This document shows, piece by piece, positions 46,280-52,751 of a DNA stretch of 52,751 nucleotides. A program made the translations under genes and the position numbers. The notes under the pieces are model-generated. The model did not search any database. It was not told the DNA's origin and saw nothing but the letters and a program-made list of their open reading frames with translations. The stretch covers positions 37,213,730 through 37,266,480 of the forward strand of contig NC_068987.1 of assembly GCF_001194135.2 (NCBI RefSeq), given 5' to 3'. Every line of letters starts with the position of its first letter. The first letter of the stretch is position 1. Origin of the DNA: Octopus bimaculoides. Lineage: Eukaryota.

Positions 46280-46479
46280 GTTTGGAGCCCTGCCATAGAT
46301 GTTCCAAATGCGCGTGGATGCTCAACCATAACGGATCTACACAGAACACTATTGTGTATTAAGTCACAGGCACTATATTCTATAACTATTCGTAACTTAA
46401 TACAATAAAGAGTTCCTTGTGGATCCCTTGTGGTTGAGCATCTATATGCATTTGGAACACCTATCGCAGGGTCCCAAAC
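46280..46479. repeat. 200-bp hairpin (arms about 85 bp)
   Basis: GTTTGGAGCCCTGCCATAGATGTTCCAAATGC...GTATTAAGT / ACTTAATAC...GCATTTGGAACACCTATCGCAGGGTCCCAAAC. Confidence 0.85.
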
Positions 46480-46749
46480 TATTATGTGTGTCTGTGTATC
46501 TAGGTATTTGTGTATTCTTCACTATAAACACTTACGGGATGTGGAGTGGAATATTTCATTGTAAAAGTATATACAGATAATTAACAAGAAAAACAAATCG
46601 ACCGTTAGAGACTTCTCAAGTTCAACAGACAAGGTTCTGTAAATATAATTGAATCATTGAATGATGTCAGACCTTCAACTTCAAATGGTGCTCGGAAAAC
46701 AGCCAAACTGTATCTATGACTTTACAAGTTTCTACATGCAGAAAGTCTA

Positions 46750-47085
46750 CATCAAATTCAAGAAGATATAGAGACACAAATGATATAGAATTTTAAGAAG
46801 TCATAGAAGCTGATGGGGTTGAGTCGCTAATTTCCCATTGAGAAAGTTTATCAGGTAAAGAACTGATGCCGTTAGCACAAGACCAAACTGAGTATACAGA
46901 TGAGAATGCTGAACATACCAGCTCCATTCAAATGGAATATTGCTAAAAGGGTAGTAGTTTTAGAGGAAGGTCTACAAGGCTTTGCTGATAATATTCCTAA
47001 TCGCAAACGTAACATAAATTACAAAATAAATTTACATGAGTTCAGTTCTAACACTGAGCTGTACAAAGAGATGATATGTCATTAA
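46750..47085 (+). mobile_element. Possible Tigger/pogo transposase C-terminal remnant
   Basis: VESLISH*ESLSGKELMPL and EEGLQGFADNIPNRKRN loosely resemble the Tigger C-terminus; the match is weak. Confidence 0.3.
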
Positions 47086-49217
47086 CATCAAACAACTTTG
47101 GGTAAGTTCTTCATCCGATAAGCAAATATTGATGATGAAATATAAGATAGAAATTAGTGTCCTTCATCCACCCAGTAACTTTTATTCTTCCTTTACAGCT
47201 TAAACAGTACTCAAAATCTTTTGTGGTAGGAATGTACCCTATTACGATATTACGATTCTTATTCATTCCGTAATGTATTTCTCTTTATATATGTTATCGT
47301 TTTCAAATATGCAAACTTGATCCATGACTGGACTTTGACATTTGTTAGATAGAAGAGATATGATGTGACATTCGGAAGCTACATTAATAGATGTTAATGT
47401 CTGGTTTTCGTTTTAGCTAAACTGTCGCAACGGAAGTTCCACCGCCTGTTGTTGTTCCAAGAAGTTCAAATCAACTTGCACTAGACTTGAATTATAGAGA
47501 GGGAGGGATGTGCCCGGCAATCAGTATCACTTTCTCGTCCCTGACTTGCTGAACCAGTGTCAAGTCGGACCGAGATGAAACTGAAGTATACCAGGGATGC
47601 AGTGAGATGACCAAGAACATCTATATCTCTCACCGTGTTCTCACGTACACTTCTCATTGTGATGTTGGATATCGCTTTCCTGTTCTTTGAAACTTGACCA
47701 CTGTTGGTTGGTTCCCCTTCACACAGTCCGTTGAAAATTTAACTTTCACATTCGTAGAGTCTTAAGCCCTTACAAAATTTAATTGAGAATTTAAAACTCA
47801 TCGACCACTCTCAAACTGGTTTAACCGGCCTGAAAATGTAGTTGCTCTGGATGTACCGTCGCATGCAGACAGTCCGTGAAATCACAAGTTAGAATTGGGT
47901 GCCAGATCGGATACAGTGGTAGACGAGTTAGAAGGAAACTACTAATAGCTGTGTCATACCCTAATACTCGATATCTCTATTATTAATATTAGTGTCGTTT
48001 ATTATGCTTAGGTCGACTTTGCCTTTCATTCTTTCGGAATCGATAAAATAAGTGCTGGTTGAGCACTGGGGTCGATATAATCGACTTATCCTTCGAAGTT
48101 GCTGACTTTGTGCTAAAATTTGAAATCAGTATTAGCGTCGTTAGAGTGTATAATTTATCTCTTGGTCTACTGTTAAAACATATCCCACGCGAACTAGGAT
48201 ATCAGAATACCATGTCGATGTCAGCATGATGATGCTAGATACCACCGAAATTAAGGCAGTCGGCACCATATTGAAGGAATACATTGTACAGTAAGTGTAC
48301 AACCCAGCGGCGGGTTTGTCGGCGGGTTTGTCAGCGGGTTTGCAACTCACAGTGAGGAAAGGAAAGTCTACGCTGGTCAGCATATTTTACTGGACCGAAG
48401 ATCGTAAAGCTATTTGGGATCTGATTCTGGCAGAACCTCCAAATGGATAAGTAAGGAAACGAGTTTATGAGCATGATGATCTCTCTGACACATATGTCGA
48501 TTAAGACAAAGCGTTCATGGAACATTGGACAGAAGTGATGAATGCCAATCGCCTGTTATGTCCGGTAGGTGTTAGGCCTGACTGGAGTATCTGTTCTTTC
48601 AATTTTGAGGAAGAGAGCGTCCCACTTGTCAGCAAGACCATTTTCTGCAGCACAATCGCAACGAAGGGCTAATAATGTGAGTGAAAATGCACAAACAAGA
48701 GCCAAGGTTGTGACATTTGTAGACGTTTCTTGACGTTGAGCATGAATGGTTAGTGGAGATGGTGGTGGTAGCTTTGGTGCAGTGATGGTGGTGGTTGTAG
48801 TGTAGCATTTGTTAACATGCATATAGTCCTACATGTCTAGCATAGTGAGAAACGATAATCAAAAGATTAACCACCACTACCACCACCACCAACAACAACA
48901 ACATCGTCATAATCATTACCACCGTGTGATCTTCGATTTGCACTACCAATTTCACCACCACCTCCATTATTACCATCACCACACACACACACTTCGTCGC
49001 CTCCACTCTATATGGCATGGCCAATTCTGGAACCACAATCCTATTGGTGTTATCTTCATTACCGAAGGAATGTGCTCATTCAATTTATATTCTAGCTATA
49101 ATTTTATCAATTTACGTTCATTCACCCCATGTATATATGCGCGTGCGTGTGTATGTATATATGTGTACATATCTATCTATCTATCTATCTATATATATAT
49201 ATATATACATATATCTA

Positions 49218-49248
<31 letters not shown>

Positions 49249-49348
49249 ATATATNNNNNNNNNNNNNNNNNNNNNNNNNNNNNNNNNNNNNNNNNNNNNN
49301 NNNNNNNNNNNNNNNNNNNNNNNNNNNNNNNNNNNNNNNNNNNNNNNN

Positions 49349-49385
<37 letters not shown>

Positions 49386-50210
49386 AAAATACACTCAGAC
49401 ACTTATGCTCACATCTTTTGGTATTGGAATTGATAAAGAAACACAGTGAGAGTTAATGCCCCTATTACACACACACACACACTCACACACATGCGCGCGC
49501 GCACACACACACGTACATAAGGGTGTGTGGGTGGAAGGGCGTGGTGGTGATGACTAATTCTTATGCTTTGTCAGAGGGAAACAAAAAATAGTTTGGCACG
49601 CATGTTATCTCTCAGAGAAAGAGAGCACGAAGAAGGAAAATAGCGATACAGAGGGAGAGAAGATGAGACAGAGAGAGAGAGAGGGGGTGGGGGGAGAGAA
49701 GAAAAAGAGAGAAGACCCTTATTATTTAAGCAAAACTATTAAAAGTTTTATCTGACATAGGAATGTACGACTTAGGGTATCATGTCTTTTAATGGATGGA
49801 ACCACAGGTATTTCAGAAAACAAATAGAGAAACATTAAAAAGAAAAGCAAAAAGAAGAATCTACGAGAAGAATAATTAGAAATGAAACGGAGATATTTAT
49901 TTCTTCATTAGTGTAAATTATATGTAGTATGCGTGTGTGTGTGGTGGGGTCGTAGTGGCAGGAAGGCTACCAAATGCTTTAATATGTATATCTCTCTATA
50001 TCTATATCAATTTTTCAATCTTTTTCTATCTTCATACCAAATCGTGTGCAACGTCCTCGGTACTAAGTTTATTCTCCTTTTCTCTAGACTCCTATCCCAT
50101 TAACTTTTCTTCTCTTCCCCGTCTATTCTTCCTTTTTCATTCTTACTATCTCTATTTACTTCCTGGATCAATCATGATTATAATTTTGATTGGTATATTT
50201 ATGTGTTTAG

Positions 50211-50371
50211 GCGCAGGCGTGGCTGTGTGGTAAGAAGATAGCTTCCCAACCATGTGGTTTCATGTTCAGTCCCACTGCGTGGCATCTGGGACAAGTGTCT
50301 TCTACTATAACCTCGATTCCACAAAGCCTTGTGAGTAGATTTGGTCGACGCAAACTGAAAGAAGCCCATCG

Positions 50372-50403
<32 letters not shown>

Positions 50404-50625
50404 CATGCGTGTTTGTGTTTGATACTCCACCATCACCGTTTGACAACCGTTGTTGATGTGTTTACGTTCCCGTAACTTAGCGGTACGGTAAAGCGACCGA
50501 TAGAATAAGTACTAGGTTTTAAAAAATAAGTACTAGGGTCGATTTCTTAGGTTAAAATCCTTCAAGGCGGCGCCCCAGCATGGCCGCAGTCAAATGACTG
50601 AAAAAAGTAAGATAAAAGATAAATG
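50211..50625 (+). mobile_element. SINE family A, full length
   Basis: GGCGCAGGCGTGGCTGTGTGGTAAG head to GCATGGCCGCAGTCAAATGACTGAAAA tail. Confidence 0.85.
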
Positions 50626-51168
50626 ACTGAAATAAATAAATAAATGAATAAATAAATAAATAAATAAATAAACACACGTGCGCTTGTTTGAATGGTATGT
50701 TTATGTGCTAGCATGCAGACTTAGATGCATGTGCGTTTGTCAGTACGTATGTATGCCTTTTATCTTACATCTTTAGGATTATATGTCTAAACCACGCACA
50801 CCAAAGAAGTATCTGTACATGTAAGTTTGCATGCGCATACGTATGTGCATGCATACATATACATGTGTGTATGTGTGTCTGTGTGCATGCATGTGTTAAG
50901 TACGTGCACTCCTTTGTAGTTTGTGCAGGAATACCTACATTACGTTGCTTGGACGTACAAAATGAATATATGCGTGCTTAAGTTTGCATGTACGAACTTA
51001 TGTAATCAGGTATGTATGTATGTATGTATGTATGTATGTATGTATGTCGTTGTTCAGTTTTATTTCAAGATTTCTTGCCAATAGAGAAGGAGTCGGTTTC
51101 TAACCTAGATTCCAGGCTCCTTCATTGGAATTTCAGCATCAACAACGAAGTATTTTCGTTTGTATGTA

Positions 51169-52110
51169 TCAGGCTGAGTAAAAAGTAAGCAACGTTTTGA
51201 AACATGAAATTCATCACAATATATTTCAACAATGTGGAAATTTTATTCATCAAAGTAAGTACGTTTTCAATCAACACATTTTTGCCAACGAGTTACAAGT
51301 TTGTTTATTCCGGTAACATAAAAATCTGAAGTCCTGGAGCTGATGAACTCTTTGAATGCTCTTTCAGCATCGGTCTGATTTTTGAACTCTTCTCTCAAGA
51401 AACCACCAAGGTGCTTGAAAAAGTGGTAGTCAGTAGGAGAAAAGTCTGGGGAATAATCTGGGTGGAGAAGAACTTCGTAGCCAAGTTCCCTCAACTTCTG
51501 GCGCGTCATTAGTGAAACGTGTGGTCAAGCATTGTTTTGAAGAATGATTGGCCCTCTTCTATTGACCAGTCTGGGACAGAGGAGTAGCAGTTTTTCGTTC
51601 AATTTGGCAATTTCATGGTAATATGTTTCCGTAATAATGGTTTTTCTGGGTTTAAAGAAGTTATAGTGGATGAGTCCAGCAGTACACCACAAAACAGTCA
51701 CCATAACCTTCTTTGTGAAGAGCTGGGGTTTAGGGAAGGTTTTCGGTGCTTCATTTTGGTCCAACCACTGCGAAGAACGTTTCTTATTATTGTACAAATC
51801 CATTTTTCATCACCAGTTACAATACGGTCGAGAAATGGATCGGTCGGGTTACGAAAAAAAAGCGACGAGCAAATTTCATATCTGCGCATTTTCTGATTTT
51901 CATTCAAATCGTGTGGTACCCATTTGTCGAACCTTTTTGATGTTTTGATCGCATACAAATGGTTTCAGGCAGTTTTCTGGCTGACTTTTGCTATTTCTCG
52001 AGTGGTTTTACGTGCATCTTTCTCAATGACGTTCTTTAATTGACCATCATCGATGACAGATGGGCGTCCACTATGTTCACGCTCTTCAAGGCTGCAGAGA
52101 AGTTTACGGA
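51169..52110 (-). mobile_element. mariner (DD34D) transposon, degenerate, with the 5' end interrupted
   Basis: End TA|TCAGGCTGAGTAAAAAGT. Motifs SGRP, KWVPHDL, FLDRIVTGDEKW, KKVMVTVLW, ILQNNA, HPDYSPDFSPTDYHFF and RWQKCVD. Confidence 0.9.
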
Positions 52111-52353
52111 AAAAAAACCCCCTTGGAAAACCTGCTTCAGATGTAACTCGATCAATTCCTTGGGACATCTGAAGAAGGAAGTTTTGTATTCCGAAATATA
52201 TCAGACTATGGATGATTAAATTATAACAGTTATTATAGTCCATTGCTGTTATTATAGTGCGTTGTTGTTATTATAGTGCATTGTTTTGGCATTCACGACG
52301 CATTATTTTTTATATATATATGTGTGTGTGTTGTGTCTATACACGCGCGCACA

Positions 52354-52414
<61 letters not shown>

Positions 52415-52433
52415 CATTCGCCANNNNNNNNNN

Positions 52434-52497
<64 letters not shown>

Positions 52498-52665
52498 AAA
52501 AATAATGTCTTGAATGGCACAACAATGGACTATAATAACTGTTATAGTTTAATCATCCATAGTCTCATATAATATCTTGGAATACAAAAATTCCTTCTTC
52601 AGATGTCCCTAGGAATTGATCGAGTCAGAGCTTTGATCGGTTTTCCAACGTTTTTTTCCCCAGAA
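52108..52665. repeat. Long inverted repeat (foldback or MITE) around a CA/GT microsatellite and a gap
   Basis: 52147-52320 is the reverse complement of about 52494-52624 (CTCGATCAATTCCT...GACATCTGAAGAAGGAA...ACTATGGATGATTAAA). Confidence 0.75.
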
Positions 52666-52751
52666 GTGTCTATATATGTACACACATATATACATACATA
52701 CATATATATATGCATACACACACACACGCACACACACACACACACACACAC

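Noticed and set aside
48556-48822. Minus ORF with a signal-peptide-like stretch (VTTLALVCAFSLTLLALRCDCA)
   Set aside because: It is the in-register antisense of the more coding-like plus frame. The hydrophobic stretch is internal, and no splice sites or homology are recognisable.
48833-49456. His-rich 207-aa ORF
   Set aside because: CAC/CAT triplet repeats, TATC and GA microsatellites and a gap account for the open frame.

Overview
AT-rich eukaryotic genomic DNA, dense in microsatellites and N-gaps. The SINE families and repeat landscape point to an octopod cephalopod, probably Octopus (inference, not a database match). One host gene is supported: a spliced minus-strand glutaredoxin-2-like gene. 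Its coding exons are 14250-14489 and 9350-9472; the second is absent from the ORF track. The protein is 120 aa with an MGNFFTK start and a CPHC active site, and a non-coding first exon probably lies further right. The rest is mostly transposon debris: a full-length degenerate piggyBac in the glutaredoxin intron plus related MITEs; Tc1 and mariner copies; Tx1/L1-, RTE-, CR1/L2-, Dong/R4- and Hero-like LINEs; Penelope fragments; and three tRNA-SINE or LINE-tail families. The best leads are (1) hammerhead-ribozyme motifs in an inverted Penelope-type pseudo-LTR cluster at 6.3-7.2 kb, (2) a LINE 3' end matching the tail of the dominant SINE, (3) the piggyBac parent-MITE relationship, (4) an unusual feature combination in the glutaredoxin, (5) a CpG-decay boundary near 33 kb that may mark the gene's 5' end, (6) several long hairpins, and (7) an unidentified degenerate reading frame at 48.2-48.7 kb. 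All alignments were done by eye and family names come from recalled motifs. Many long ORF-track entries are artefacts of N-gaps and microsatellites.
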